A stretch of 64,000 bases of DNA from Podarcis erhardii (GCA_964252035.1 OZ176203.1), one strand, 5' to 3'; shown: positions 24,711-39,337, numbered from the stretch's first letter. The notes: generated by a model from the sequence alone, not told the origin. Program-made: numbers and translations.

Positions 24711-27700
24711 GCAGTCCTGTGAGCTGACAAGCCAAGGGAAAGTGTGCTGGTAAAAAGGGGGGTGTAGGTCAAACTCTGTTTTATATGCTTGTTTTCCCTC
24801 TGCCAGGCTTAGGTTGGCTCAGCCAACAATTGCCACACTCCTAAACTGACTATGGATCTGCTGTACTTTAACCCAGGTTAACTTAAGCCAATGCAAATTA
24901 TGATGGCTTCCTATACTTAAGTTTGCTCCTTTAATTTGCTCCAGTTTTCATGCAAAAGTTATTTTGCTGTTTTATCTAAGACATCATAGAGAGAGGACAC
25001 TGCCTGGTTTTAAGCAGTAGTCAAGACCATGGTTTCCTCCAATATCTTGGAAAAGGGGAGCATTCCAGAAGGCTTGTGAGGAAGACACGAAAGAGGAATG
25101 TGGCAAATGATAGTTTTGTTCCAGGGCACAATAATACTTTCATCTGGTACTGACAGAGGAATGCAAGAGTGATGTTCTGCCCTCACCCACCCTGCCAGCT
25201 CAAGTCCAGCAAGGTGTTGGATGTGGTAGATGTGCCATCTCCCCTCTCCTTTAGAATTGCAGCCTAAGTGTATCTAAGTGGACTAAAATCAATACAAAAA
25301 CCATTGTGTATGACCATAAGGGTATACACATTTAAAATATCATTTTAATAGTTTGTGAATCTTGGATGTAGTATCCAACTAATGAATGGTTTGGTGAACT
25401 AGCTTTTGTGGCATCTATTCCTTTTTGCAATACAGAAATATAATAAAGAAAAATATATTGGGGATGTAAAATTTCCTTTCTTTTTTTCATCATCTAATTA
25501 GGCCCCAACTTATGCCTTAACCTGATCTTCAACAGAAGAGAGCACTGCCAAAAATTCAACGTTTCTCTGTTGCAGTGTGGTGTCAAATGCAAATATTTCC
25601 TTGTCTGTCATTCTCCAACTCTTTAAGTAAAAGGGAGGAAGTGTGCTTTCTTTACGTTTTGGAGTTGACTTCCCATTACATTTCTCACGAGAGAAGATAC
25701 CAACACAGTGACTATTAACAACTGTAATTGTTTTCTGTGCTGACTCAGCCTAGCTTATGAAAACTACCTTCTTCCTTCAGGCTGCTATGTACTTTTTATT
25801 TGACTTTGTACAGCTTTTTTTTTTTTTTAAAGACTGCTGGCATCTGGAATAAAGTACAGATTTTAAGCATACTGCACGCTGGGTAAATTCATCTTAAATA
25901 CAACTTGGCAATGACCAAAATGTCTGTTCCAGTTGCTGTTTCTTCAGTGAACAAACCAGAATGACAAAGATTCAAATGCATACATCTGTTCTCACTCAAA
26001 TACATCTTCTCCCTGGACTCACTATGTGGAAATCGCTGGATTTGGGCCAGTGATCCACTTGGCCTCATTTCTTGGGGAAATGTTTTGTTGCAGAAGAAGA
26101 TACGGTGTCAATCTCACCACTCTAAATGGCTTCCTTGTTATGTTCTGACCCTTTTAGATATTGTTAGTTCAGTGAGCTGTGTTCGTTTGCTGCTTCCAAA
26201 CAAAGGAGAAGACATTATCAGCCTCCTTATGGTATGACTAGGCTGAATGCTGGCACAGAAGAAGGGTGGGGAGGAGGCTACATACAACCCTCACATGGTA
26301 AACATTTGACACTCCAAGTCTAGCTGTAGTTTAATGACCCGAAATGACACCTTCCACGTTTTTGGACCTACTTACCATAAAAGGAAGCTTGCTTTGCCCA
26401 TGCCACTGAAAATCCACATTGAGGTTCTTTGGGTGACACAATACTGTGAGCATCTTTATGTTTTCTTTTGCTCCACGGTATTAGCAGTTCATTGCAGAGA
26501 GGCAGCCTGCCCACTATGTGATCCATAGCATTGTTTTGTTGAAAGCATCACACACAGACAATTTTACAGTGGGCAGGCTAAAATTATTCTTGTTACTGAT
26601 GGGAGATGAAATGGAGGAGGTGAGTCGCTTGTCTAACTAGTGGGTTAGTGGCTGAGCTGAGATTGGAATGTGGGACTTGCTTGCCCTATGACAAAGTCTC
26701 TGCAAGCCCTGGTTATCCCCTGGGTGTTCCCAGATTACTCGTTCTGCAGTTTTTTTAAATCTTAAGAACACATCCTCCCATCATTGACCTTAGCATTTCT
26801 TTCTTGATATGCAAAGGTTAAATCACCACCACAGTGATTCTTCCCTACCTTCCATCCCCATCACAGCACACATTTAGCCATTAACAGCTGGGAAGTGTCT
26901 TCAGTATGGTGACAGGCATGTATATTCTGTTTGTCTAGAAGCCCCACCTTGTCCAATATGATGTCACTCTAGCTTCTTTAGGAAATCTATGCACTAAGTG
27001 TATTTCTGATCTGTTCTGGATCTGCTTCAGCCACCACCACTTGAAGAGGCTGCCTCTCGTGAAGTGAGGGACCAGTGACATTTTGCTGCTCCTAAATTGC
27101 AATGTTAATTTGTCACCTGATAAGGTCAACTTTGCTCCTGATTAGCTTCCTCTATCCATTTCTTTCTTCATATACCACACTACCGCCATTCCTTGTTCAC
27201 CTTTCAGTTCTGGGAACTCTTCTTGTTTCATTTATTGCACAAGTTTCTTGAAAGGTTAGAAAGAAAACATAGCATGCTCATTGGGCAGTCTGGATAATGC
27301 TAGGCTGTGTACTATTGTGGCAAACCTTGTGAACATGCATGACAAAAGGTCGTGTGATACAGCTCAGCTCAGTCCAAAGTTCAGTTTTGCTCAGTCTAAG
27401 CCAGCAGGCAAGCTATTTAAACAGTTGTGAGTATCATGACAATCAGCTGGTGTCAAACTAGAAGATCAGAGAACAAGTATAGTATTTCTGGTCAGGCAGA
27501 AACTCAGCTAAGTCACACACAGACAATATTAGGGCAGGGGATGCATGACAAACGGAATTGGAGGTGGAGTAAGGTCCAGAACATCAGTGATCCACATAAT
27601 TGACAAAATTGCTCAGGACATTAACCTAACTGCAGTCTTGAGTTATGGGAGGCAGAATGTATAGATGGGTGCTGAACAAAAACAAAGTTTTAACAGGTGA

Positions 27701-28044
27701 TCCACACACCCCCTTCCTTCCCTCTACCAGCCACTTAAACATCCAAGAACCACTGACCTGTGAATATGGATTATGTAACGGAATTTTAAAGGAATGGTTT
27801 GAAAGTTGTGCATTTGCAAACGAAGGGCTTGCAATATTTACCCTTTTTACACATCTTTAAGGACTATAGAAAACAAAACCAACAACCTAGATAGCTTTTT
27901 TAAAAAAGGATTATATAAATTAATATTGATGGCTACTAGCCTAGATGGCTATGCATCTCCTCCACAGTTAGAGGCAGCAATGCTTCTGAATACCAGTTGC
28001 TGGAAATGACAGGAGGCGAGAGTTTTCTTGTGCTGGGATTCTGC

Positions 28045-28143
28045 TTGCTGGTTTCCCACAGGCAACGTGTTTGGCCACTGTGAGAACAGGATGCTGGACT
28101 AGATGGGCAATTGGCCTGTTCCAGCTGTCTTTTCTTGTGTCCT
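28045..28143 (+). mobile_element. LINE 3' UTR end (CR1/L2-clade, TTCTTATG-type tail), diverged
   Basis: TTGGCCACTGTGAGAACAGGATGCTGGACTAGATGGGC..TTGGCCTG.TCCAGC...TTCTTGTG. Homologous to 41863-41971. Confidence 0.6.
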
Positions 28144-30533
28144 CAACCTGATAAAGATTCTTTGGGTACCCAGCTCTTAACATATTGCTTCTTAAAAAGT
28201 GACATATTTTCCATCCTTTTCTGTACCATCCAGGCAGTATCAAATTCACAGCGGTATATTTTAATTCACCCCCCAAGAACTGTTTGGTTTCATTATTTTA
28301 GTTTTGTAATTGATTTTGTCAAAGATACATTTGGAAAAGATAAAGCAGTCGATTAAAAGGGGGAAAAATGAATACCTGCAGTTACCAAGTACATGCCCTG
28401 TGCAGCAGTTTCACAAATTAAAAGCACATGTATATCCATGTGCATGCATGATGCACATATCCATTCATTAATTTAAAAAAGCCCACCCACCAGTATACTA
28501 CTAAGAAATCTTAACCCTTCCAATAACTGTCTAGTTTTCCAAGCCTTTTTCCTTTCCTGTCCTCCTTTCAATGCCCGGTTCAGTGAAATTAGACAGAAAA
28601 TGCTGCAGAGATGGATTTATAACTGAATGCTCAAATCTAAATAGAGGCAGTCAAATTAATATTTTTATTATGTCTATCACTGCTGTATTGAAATGATTTT
28701 CCATCTCACAATAAAGTTCAAACAGCCTGTAATTTGCTGCTAATACTTCTCCACCAGACGGCATGTTGGATTTGCAAAATGTCTGGTAAAAATCTGGGCT
28801 CCCTTCTTTCATCTTCTGCTCATTTCCCCTTCATTGTTGGAGTGAAGCTGATTGATGCTGCTGTTCATTTGGGGAGAATGAAGAAGGAAGTGGCAGGCTT
28901 CTTCCATTGTGAGATGAAGGAGAATCTCAAAACAGCCAACACTGGGATGCTCTTGAAGGACAGCAGTTCACTCTGGCCAAAAAGCTTTCCTCCTATCCTA
29001 TTTCCTATCGCCCTTGAAAGCTCTACAAGAACAAACTCTTTGCCAGAAGCACATGGGAGCCCAACGGCTTTGAGAAGTCTATTGCCAAATCCTGCACAAT
29101 CAGTTGCTTCCTTTTCAGAATACAGAACACACAAACAGAGAATAGTCATTTTAAGGAATCCCCTATTTGTTTTTAATTCCTTTCTTATTTTTCCCCTGTG
29201 TTGGAGGTTCTTTTTTGTGCTCTCCACAGGAACTTCAGGTAGCTTTTCAAAACACTGATTTTAAAACATACAGGCCAGGCAGTTTTGAATATGTAAATGT
29301 TGGTGTATTTTACCGTAGGACTTATAAGGCAAATCACAATCTTGATCAGATCATGGGTCCTCTTCATAATCCTGAGACTTGCAGATTTCTTTCAAGCATT
29401 GTCTGAGGCCTGTAGCACTGCCTCTGTTCAGCTAAAAGAGGTGTCCTTTAAACTTGTAAAAAATGTTAAATCTAGCCTGGAACAACCAGTGCATGGGACC
29501 CTATGCCACATGTTTTAAATACAGTAAAAGAATTATCCCTGGGAGCAACAGGACTTGAGGACTGTAGCCATGCTTCTTCCCTAGAATTCCCCCTGAGAGC
29601 AATGGAAAGCTATAAAGTCCCATTGTCCCCGGTGGGGACTTGTTCTATTGAATTCAAACCATGCAAGCCCCATATACTACTCCAGGCTGTGGGTGCTGGA
29701 TTAACCATTTTTACAAGTTTAAAGGACAGAAACCTCTTTCACAAAAACAATGACAGTGCTGCAACCCTTGGACCACTTCATAATCACTTCTTTTTTAAAA
29801 AAAAAGTTGCTTCCGCTTGGTTTTTAAATAATTGTTTCTTTAAAATCCACTCAGAAATATGACAGACTTACTCCCATTCCCCATGCAGGACTGGGATTCG
29901 CTGGACTTTAATGGATCCATTGTGTCCTTAAATGTGACCTCTCAAGTGAAGTCTGCAGTGGCAGAGCCTAGACCCAGATTTTGCTAGCTCAATGAAAACT
30001 AGACTATAGTCATCCTTCACCACTAAGAACCTCCAGTAACTTTTTAATTATGTTAACATTTGTCTTAAACAAGAGCCAATTAAATGTGTTCCATTTTAAA
30101 ATTCCCTCAGTTTAAGCAACAACATAACAAATGGTTATTGGTTTGGTTTGTGATGCCCTAGTGCCCAAATCTTTATAATGTAGTCCCATAACTGGATGGA
30201 ATGTTTGACCTGTGGTCTATGCAGTTTAATTTCCCTGAATGACTAGAAAATGTTTAAGAAAGCAGGGGGGGGGGGGACTTAACAGGAAGCAGATAGGTGC
30301 TTTGTTTTAATCTGCAAGAGTCTCATTAGAAACCACGAGCTCCACTGTACAAGTCCTCTGAAATTGAAGAACAGTGTTGAAATCTTTCATAACTGTACAG
30401 TATTTATACATTGAGTCTCACAGTGGTGACGGTCCTGGTGGATTGACCCTAAAGCTTAAGAGTGAAGCTTTATATTTCTCCCCAATAGATCTCGTAGTAG
30501 TAGCCATAAAAATCTGTGGGGTTCTTTGCATGG

Positions 30534-30595
30534 TTTCTGTCTCTGTTTCTCTCTTTCTCTGTTTCTGTCTCTGTCTGTCTCTCTCTCTTCTGTTC
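30534..30595. repeat. Compound pyrimidine-rich microsatellite (TC/TCTG/TTTC)
   Basis: Direct reading: TTTCTGTCTCTGTTTCTCTCTTTCTCTGTTTCTGTCTCTGTCTGTCTCTCTCTCTTCTG. Confidence 0.85.
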
Positions 30596-31690
30596 CTGGT
30601 GGCTCTCATGAAGTTTCAGGTTCACAATGATTTCCATTTAACAGGCAGAGAATTGAGACTGCCATGATTTGAGCCTAGGTTTTGCAGTTAATCATTCTGT
30701 GCCATATGGACGGCGACCATACATTTCACAAGGCACCAATTTTCCCAGCCCGTCCTACAAAGCTGTCTTAATGGTGTTAAGACTATTAATCCATCTAACT
30801 GGGTTTGGATTATTCGGGGTGGTAGCACCCAGAAGCACCATACCTACACTTTGTTATATTTTTCAAGTACTGCTACGTGAAAAAGAGAGAACAGCATATA
30901 TAGAATTCCCTCTTCCTCTTCTACATCAATTTCGCTTTAAGTCAGATTTCTTACTTTAGATGTTTCCCAGCACTACGGAAAACAAACTTGTCTGTGTAGA
31001 ATACATTTAAAAGACAACAGTGAGTAAGAGTGAGAATGACAGAGAGAAGGCTGTCTTGTTACATAAAATTGAATCCCTCAACACCTAAGTGACACCTCTC
31101 TCACCCACGCATACAAAAAAATATTCTATTAAGTTTGAGCTAAACTACGTTGGTGCTTGTAACCAGGAATGGAATGTTTATTTATTTAAGAAATAATTTC
31201 CCTAAGAATAGAGAAAGGTCAAACTCTCTCACCTTTACTGAACCGTGGTAGTGGGAGCACAAAGGGAAACCCCAAATGTGCAGTCTCACAGTCAAGCTCT
31301 TTATTATATCTGCTTGCCGCTTAGTAATTATGTTTGGCTTCTTTGTTTTATTACTGTGTTTATACCTCAAACCACTTATCACTCTCGAGATGGCTCCATC
31401 CTATGGGTCTTTCTAGATTATGATGGCACAAATTTGCAGTTCCTGCTCGTTTCCAGTACTGCATTCAGACATAGACCCAAAAGGAAGCCCTCCTTTTGTG
31501 TATGTGGGAGGGGAAGGGAAAAATCACATTTTGCCACCTCCCAAAAGCAGCCTGTGGGGTATCTAGGGTGCTGTAAGCTTAGTTTCACTGGGTAGCCACT
31601 CACTACAGACTGGAATCCCACGTTGGTGCGGCTGCTACAAGGAGAAATTATGGTGAAGGGTGGGTAATCCATTAATAGTAGTAGTAATAG

Positions 31691-31691
<1 letters not shown>

Positions 31692-31725
<34 letters not shown>
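31692..31725. repeat. (ATT)11 microsatellite
   Basis: Direct reading. Confidence 0.95.
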
Positions 31726-31974
31726 GGGTTAGGGCTGCAGCACTGGAAGCTTAACACATCCACCCAGCACAATTTCCTTGTATTAAATTCACTATGCACA
31801 CCCCACACTACTACTGGAGGGCGAAAAGGGGTACAATACAGCTGCCTATCTTATGTAGCCTTAAGGGTAATAGCAGTGTTGAAGAGTGTTCTAAATTGGA
31901 AAAATTGTGTAGGTACAGTAAGTGTTAAACTCAACCAAATTCAGGGAAGTGTGATGCTGTATTGGGCTTTAACA

Positions 31975-32040
31975 ATTTTTTTATTGGGAGCCACTCAGAA
32001 TGGCTGGGGCAACCCAATCAAATCGGCAGCATACAAATAA

Positions 32041-32080
<40 letters not shown>
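31975..32080 (+). mobile_element. L2 LINE 3' end with (ATT)13 tail
   Basis: GGGAGCCACTCAGAATGGCTGGGGCAACCCAATCAAATCGGCAGCATACAAATAA followed by (ATT)13 at 32041-32080. Matches my recollection of lacertid L2 termini. Confidence 0.65.
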
Positions 32081-33030
32081 GCAGTAGAAGAAGTAGTGCT
32101 ACAACCCCAATGCACTTCATAACCACTCCCTTACAAACAGTGCTTTTTCAGAGCTAAAAGAGACCTCAGCAAGGCTAGTCATGGATCTCCAATGGCAAAT
32201 ACAGTTTGAAGCTTAATTGAGGCTTGAATTTATTTGTCTAGTAGTGCACCTTTTAGAGGTATTTCTATGCTTCTGTTTTTTAAAAAAAACAAAACACACA
32301 AAACAAAATCGTGTAATATGCCAGGATCTGTAAAGAAAGGACAGGATACAAATCCAAGTTATAAGTACATTTATTATGTGTATATGTTCAATATATGTTT
32401 ACTCACATCTGACTTGTGAGCTTACTGGGGGTGGGGAAGAAGCCCTAAGGGATATTTAATGATAAGCTGACAAGTGGCTGTGCCCATGTGTTTAGAATTC
32501 GTCTGTAAGATGGATCACCGTGTTTCCAGCTCTGTTAAGGAAGGTATTGATCTGGATAGATCCAACCCAAGGTTAATCCATCAGGTTTCCAGATAACAGT
32601 GTCAAGACAGACAAGTCCTAGATTCTTCAAACACTAACTGAAAGAAGCAGATAGTTAGCGACTTGTCAATGGCACCACTACAACATCTGGTGTGGTACAA
32701 ACTAACTTACTGGTGGGATACTGTGGCCATTATTACTTTCTGATACAGCACAGAATGACAACATCGGAGGGAGTGTTCCCCAGTTCACACCACATCTGTT
32801 GCTAGCAGTCAATACTTAAAACAGAAGAGGAATTCACAGGAATGACACAACTCAGTAATAGCAGAAAACATTTGATAACCTGAAGCTGAAGGAAAGTTAC
32901 AATCAGTTGCTAGTTTGCAGGGTCACAACAGAAAGTTGTTTCTGATTGCTTCTGGTTGATTCGGGCAAATACCTCCAAGTGTGGGCTGTCACTGTTACCA
33001 GAAGTTCACTATTCCAACTGCAGAAAGGTG

Positions 33031-33180
33031 AACTCTCAGGAGGTGATGGACTCTCCTCCATTGGAGGTTTTTAAGCAGAGGTTGGATTGCCATCTGTCAT
33101 GTATGATGTAGTTGATTTTCCTGCATTGCAGGGGATTGGACTAGATGACCCCCACAGTCACTTCCAGCTTTACAATCATG
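33031..33180 (+). mobile_element. CR1 LINE 3' end fragment
   Basis: GATGGACTCTCCTCCATTGGAGGTTTTTAAGCAGAGGTTGGAT (DSPPLEVFKQRLD) followed by GGACTAGATGACCCC 3' UTR. Confidence 0.8.
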
Positions 33181-33235
33181 TCTCTGTGTAATCTACTGGC
33201 ATGCTGGTTGTCTGTAACACATTCTCAAGTTATTA

Positions 33236-33450
33236 CAGTGGTACCTCGGGTTATAGATGCTTCAGGTTACAGACTCCGCTAACCCAGAAATAGTACCTCA
33301 GGTTAAAAACTTTGCTTCAGAATGAGAACAGAAATCGCACGGCGGCAGCAGGAGGCTCCGTTAGCTAAAGTGGTACCTCAGGTTAAGAACAGTTTCAGGT
33401 TAAGAACAGATCTCCAGAACGAATTAAGTTCTTAACCCGAGGTACCACTG
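33236..33450 (+). mobile_element. Tigger-like MITE, family copy 2 (215 bp)
   Basis: Perfect 18-bp TIR CAGTGGTACCTCGGGTTA; TA at 33234-35 and 33451-52. Confidence 0.94.
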
Positions 33451-34544
33451 TATTAGGACTTTGCCACTTGCTTGTCACCAACTCCTAAACAGGTGCTATT
33501 ATAAAATTCACTGCACCACTTGGTAGAACTTTACAAATGACATGCTTATGTAGTGGTCATGTGCACAGCTTGGTAAAATGCCACTTTCTAAATAGAGGTC
33601 TGTATTCACCATTCAGTTTCTTCCCAGTGTGCTTTCCCTTGATCAAACCACACTATGACTGCAGTTTCCTTAAAATGAGTAACATTCAAAATGCATACAT
33701 CCAAATGTGTGCTGTGAGGAGAGAGAGGTTATAAACATATTGGGTGAAATTCCCTTTTAGAACAAAAGAGAGCATGGACATGGCAATGTAAAGCTGTGGA
33801 ACTTAAACTTCATCCAATGGCAGTATGAATACTGGTGAAGCAATTGATATATAGTGGCAGATCAACTCACCCCCACTGTGGCACATGAACCCAAGCCTAA
33901 GGGAAAGTGGTAGGCAGTGAAATAACATTCTTCACCTCGCTTAATACCTTGAGCTCCATCAGCATTGGCAAAGCTGAAAAGGTGCACAGAAGGGCAACAA
34001 ATGGGTTGGAAGATGCTGTGGGTCTTCAGCAAAGAGAGCATGCTAAAAATAAAACACAAGCCTTGGTAGCCTATAGAGAGGGAGGAGATGGAAAGGCCAT
34101 TAGGAGGGGATTTAATTGAGCGTAAAATCCTAAATGGTATAGATAATGCCAGGGCAAGCTGCTACTCATGGGTCAACTCGAAAGAGAGGACAGGTTAGCA
34201 ACAAGAAAGGAAACAGGTTCAGCTTGGTTTAGCTTCCAAAGCTCGTTCACACACAAATTGCAGGTGTGTGAGACAACTAGTTGGAAAGAAGGGCATAGAA
34301 CAAAGTATGCAGAAGGGCATCTAGTGGAACCAGAGAGTTCTACTGGCTGCAGGTTTTGGAAAGGTTTAAATTAATACTCTGATTCAGTGCCAGTGTGATG
34401 CCCGGCAGGTTTGTGAACACATTGACTCAGAATGCTACAAAGAGCTGTCTCAACCACTACAGAAAGAATAATAAGTTGTCACAGTGCTATGACTCTAATG
34501 AGAATCCTCTTAACACTTCTTGCATTATTGCCAGAGGAGGCTCT

Positions 34545-34760
34545 NNNNNNNNNNNNNNNNNNNNNNNNNNNNNNNNNNNNNNNNNNNNNNNNNNNNNNNN
34601 NNNNNNNNNNNNNNNNNNNNNNNNNNNNNNNNNNNNNNNNNNNNNNNNNNNNNNNNNNNNNNNNNNNNNNNNNNNNNNNNNNNNNNNNNNNNNNNNNNNN
34701 NNNNNNNNNNNNNNNNNNNNNNNNNNNNNNNNNNNNNNNNNNNNNNNNNNNNNNNNNNNT
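34545..34760. other. Assembly gap (216 N)
   Basis: Run of N. Confidence 1.
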
Positions 34761-36162
34761 TTTGTAAATTTGTAGGCGATTGCATTCTGAAAATTCTGCG
34801 GATGCTCACAGATGGGAAACCTGAGGTTGCTTCAAAGCAAAGCTTACAATGCCTGTGTGCTGGAAGTGGTGAGCCCCCTAAAATACAAAGCAGTGATGTA
34901 CATTTATAAAGTTGCAGAGGAATCAGGACCTGGTATCTGGAAGCTGTGACAAATTGCAGCTCCCAAGATGTGTTATACTATGATGCCCCCATCAAAGTCA
35001 CATTTGCAAACCTATTTTTATTTCTGATATTTCTTGTTCCAAAGAATGACATGCCTCAAATGTGGGGGAACCTTTGGCCCTCCAGATATTTTATTTTTGA
35101 AATGAGTCACCAAGCATAGGCACCAGCTCTAGAGGACTGTGGTCCCTCCCCCCCCCATAATTATTTTCTGGGGGTTTCCTCAGTATTTTTTCTCCCCCCC
35201 CCCTCCATCTACCTTGGCTGCCTCCCCCAGCCAAGCGCTACCCTCTGTTTCTGGCTTGCCTTCAGGAGGAGCAAGGGGGCTCAGCAGTGGTGATGGGTGC
35301 TTGTGAGTGCATGGCTTATGCATGTCTGTTCCCCACCTTTCCCCACTTGTTCACTTGCTCCCTCCATGCCACCCCCCCAAACTACCGCAGTGGCAGCCCA
35401 AGCGCAATGAGCAAGCCTGGCATAGGATAGGCATAGGAGAGATGAGTGCCTGGTTGGGAGGAGGCAGCTGACTGAGGGAGGCAGAGAAAATACCCTGGCC
35501 ATGCTGCCGACTCCAATGCTGCTGCCAACTGCAGTTTTAAACTAAAGTTTTAAACTAAATTTATTTGTTCAATTCATATACTATATATGATATTAATATC
35601 AAAATATCATAAGAGAAAAAACATCATTTAAAATTTATAGTAAACAGAGTGGATAATCCACATGATGTCTCACTCAATATTTTTCTTCACTGGAACTCAT
35701 TCCAACTGTTTATCCAAGATAGTATATATTGTACACAATGTGTTTAGCAAATTGCTTGGAGTTTTGCTTTCATGAAAAAAGATGAATTATAAATATAACA
35801 ATGCAATTGATTCCCTGCCCTGAGATTCCCAACTTCTCTGAGAGTCCCAACTCTTTCTTTACATATCAGATTCCACTTTTTAAAAACATCTCTGCATCCC
35901 TTACTCTAAATCATAACATAGGATGGTAGGCCATTTAAAATGAAACTTTCTCCAGTAAGACACAGATAATTTGAACTATCTAAATGAAACAAATATTGGA
36001 TAGAAACTTAGGAAGAGGAGGTGATTCGAAAATGCTGAGAAGACACAAATATAAATATACAATGGTCTCTAGGTAAGAGAGCAACTGATGAGGCAGTGCC
36101 CTGCTTTGTAGTGCAGCTATGCAACGAAGTTTCATTGCCTCATTACGGTTCCTTCTTAACCT

Positions 36163-36228
36163 GGAAGCAAGCCTCATTGAACACAGTGGGACTTACTTCT
36201 GAGTAAACACGGATAAGACTTGGCTGCA
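36163..36228. repeat. Short dispersed semi-palindromic repeat, second copy
   Basis: AAGCCTCATTGAACACAGTGGGACTTACTTCTGAGTAAACA; related to 924-973. Confidence 0.5.
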
Positions 36229-39095
36229 TAATGCATCTATGGCCCTTCTTCTGCATAATAGACCTCTTCCACGCTGCTTGTTTTGCATCCTGTTATGTTT
36301 GTCTTCTGCTCTGGCACTGCCAAACTATTTCCATTTGAACACTCTGTCTCCCTCCTAGGCTCCAAACATCTGATTTGGCATTCCTTCTGCTCTTGTGAGA
36401 GTTTCTTCCACTTCAGAGCAGTCAGTAGCTTATTTTATTGATTTATCTGAGTGAAGCAGAAGGCTGGGGTTGTTGTTTTTTAATGCTTTACCTGCATGCA
36501 ATGCTGTTGTAATACAATAACTGCATATACATTAATGAATAAAGTCACTCCTGATTAATAAGAGTTCTTTTCAGTTCCTTCCATTTGATTTGTACTACCT
36601 TTGCAACCTGATAAGACTAACTCCATATTTTGAGAGGTGTTCTCCTATGTTGATTTGAAGGGTGGAGTGTGTCTGACAGGCTGGGCTGTAGTCCAAGAGG
36701 TTTTTTTCCTGCCATTTTGAATGGATCTGTTGTTGGTTTAAAAATATACTGAATACAAAATGAAGCAGATTTGTACATTTATTCTTTACAGTTCTGATTT
36801 TTCTTTCTTTTTAACAAGTTGTTAAATCCTCACTGGAACCAAAATTGTGCTGGTTCTTAATGCAAACTCATCAGCCTCCCTATATAGTTACACACACACA
36901 CACACTTAAAACCCAACAAAGAAAAGGAATACGACATAAGAGTTAAAACTCTGACACTCTTTCTCTCACACAAACACATGCAATTATTCCACTTCCTCTA
37001 GGAATCAGAAGCTGATTTCTCTCTCATTTTAGCAAGTATTGCTCTGAACTAAGCTTTCAATTTATATTAGAAGTCCAGAGTCAGGAGGATTACAAGCACC
37101 TCTTCTTTTGATCTTTAATAAAAAGTGAACATTTACTTCTGAACAGTAGCAGCAAGAAAGGAATTAAACCTGGAGAGAGCCAGCTGACCTTTGCAAAGTG
37201 TGGATCCAGAGGGAGCTGCATACTTCTGCACACACAAGAAACCTGTAGTTGTCAATCATAGCTTCCATTATATAAATATTCTAAATGAAAATATACAAAT
37301 CAGATTGAATAATTATTTTTTTAGAATACGTTTATAAAGATTCAGTGCGGCATGTTCTGTATCAAGGCTGCAAGCATAAACCAAAGTACACCAAGGGTTG
37401 GCCTGAGACATTTTGCTGTCTGAATTGGGCAATATGGTGCACACTCCCAGTTCCACATGCAGATGTTGACTGGACTGGCATCTTACATCAACTCTGATGA
37501 TAGGAGAACATGCTCCTATATGCTTGAAACAGGAGGTCTGGTTAGAGGGCCCAGAAAAGCCCATGAAAAGTCCACAAGGAAATAGCTGAGGACTCAGAAG
37601 GAATAGCCAGCGGCTGCTACTGCTGCCTCTGAGTATCTGCACCTTGATACAGTTGTCTCACTCTGCCTAATGGTAGGACTGGCCATAAGCTCATATTTGA
37701 AGAGCGACAGTTTCAGTCCAGGTAAAAGTAGAGAATATGATAGGATGCCTACTAACTAGACATCTAGTTAACTAACTAACTAGATTTTTATAACAACCGC
37801 ACATATGATTACATGCAACTCAGACAGCTGAGGAGAGGGAGGGAGGGGGACCCTGTCGAAGAAGGCAAAAAGCTGTCCTTCCTGTCTGTGCTTTTATTTG
37901 TCTCTTTTTATCTGTCTGTGTTTTTATCCCTTAAGTTAAGATCATTACCACCCCATATTCTATCTGTCTTTTTGTTTTAAGATCACCCTTCATCCCTCTC
38001 TCTCTCTCTTGCTCCCTCCCTCTTCTGAAAACAGAGAGAAGCAGTGTGGGGTTGTGATCATCTTAATACAATTTTAGAGTGAGAGACAATGTGGGGTGCC
38101 TCTGGCCTCATGCATAGCCAACTCTTGCCATACCCCTCACTGACATACATCCACTGAGTTTCTCCAAGAGAATGCAGCTCTCAGGTTTCAGCTCTTCTAG
38201 GTTTCACCTTGTCCAGAATCCTGTTTTTAACAGTGTCCCTCTTGATGCTTCTTGGAAGCCCACAAGCAGAGCAAGAAAACAACAGTCCTTCCCTCACCAA
38301 GCATCTGGTACTCAGAGGCAGACCGCCCTCCAGAGCCTTAGTCCACTTACTCCTGAGTAATCACATGGAGTCCTGGTGTCCATTGCTCAGGGGTTTTTAT
38401 GAAGAACCCATACATAGGACAAAAAAGCCTACCCTTCAAGTGTTCTTAGAACTGGCTAAACATGTTGAAAGACCTCAAGTGCTTTGAATATCATGTCCAT
38501 CAATTCTGTCCATAGCATTTTTTATATTACGGTATATGGTAGCCAGAAATAACCAGTAACCAGCCTAGGGCGGTGCCCATATGGTGGATACTTCCAGGTA
38601 AGTGGGGTGGACTTATTCGTAGAAATTTCACATATGTGCTCACTTTTCATAACTTTCATGGTATAATTCAAGCTGTTTTGTTTTGACATGCAAAGACATC
38701 GAAATCTATGTATCTAAGAAAGGCACACTGTCCCCATAAATCCTGTATGCTCTAGTCTGTGTTCTTGTTTGCTACTTTTACTATACCATGCCCACTCCAA
38801 AAGTTTTATAGGACATTCATCCAGGAAGTTTTCAGTGGGTTCATACTACCTCAGTGGATATTTCCTATTATTGCACTCTGCTTAAATGTATGTCTGAATC
38901 CTGGCAATGCAGCAGTTTCACTTTGTAAACATTGTAAGGCCTTTAGTGCAGCCTTGGTCAAATCCTCATGTGCAGCAGGTAGACACAGATATCAATGGTC
39001 TGACACTTTCTGAATTTTGAAACACACCATCCCACACTGAAGTGAGACGGACAATATGTGAAATAGGTTCCTGTAACAAATATGTGAGTGCAGTA

Positions 39096-39337
39096 CAGTG
39101 GTACCTTGGGTTACATATGCTTCAGGTTACAGACGCTTCAGGTTACAGACTCCACTAACCCAGAAATAGTACCTCAGATTAAGAACTTTGCTTCAGGATG
39201 AGAACAGAAATTGTGATCCAGTGGCACGCCAGCAGTGGGAGGCCCCATTAGCTAAAGTGTTGCTTCAGGTTAAGAAGAGTTTCAGGTTAAGAACGGACCT
39301 CTGGAACAAATTAAGTTCTTAACCCGACGTACCACTG
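39096..39337 (+). mobile_element. Tigger-like MITE, family copy 3 (242 bp)
   Basis: TIRs CAGTGGTACCTTGGGTTA / TAACCCGACGTACCACTG; TA at 39094-95 and 39338-39; duplicated GCTTCAGGTTAC unit. Confidence 0.92.

Noticed and set aside
34395-34909. ORFs of 94-129 aa in the track spanning the N run
   Set aside because: Artefacts of translating through the 216-N gap.
36086-36145. CTGATGAG followed by stem GCAG/CTGC (hammerhead-like)
   Set aside because: No GAAA after stem II; catalytic core incomplete.
37494-37530. CTGATGA-TAGGAG/CTCCTA stem...GAAAC (hammerhead-like)
   Set aside because: Seven extra nt separate stem II from GAAA and no stem I/III pairing is evident; not a canonical core.
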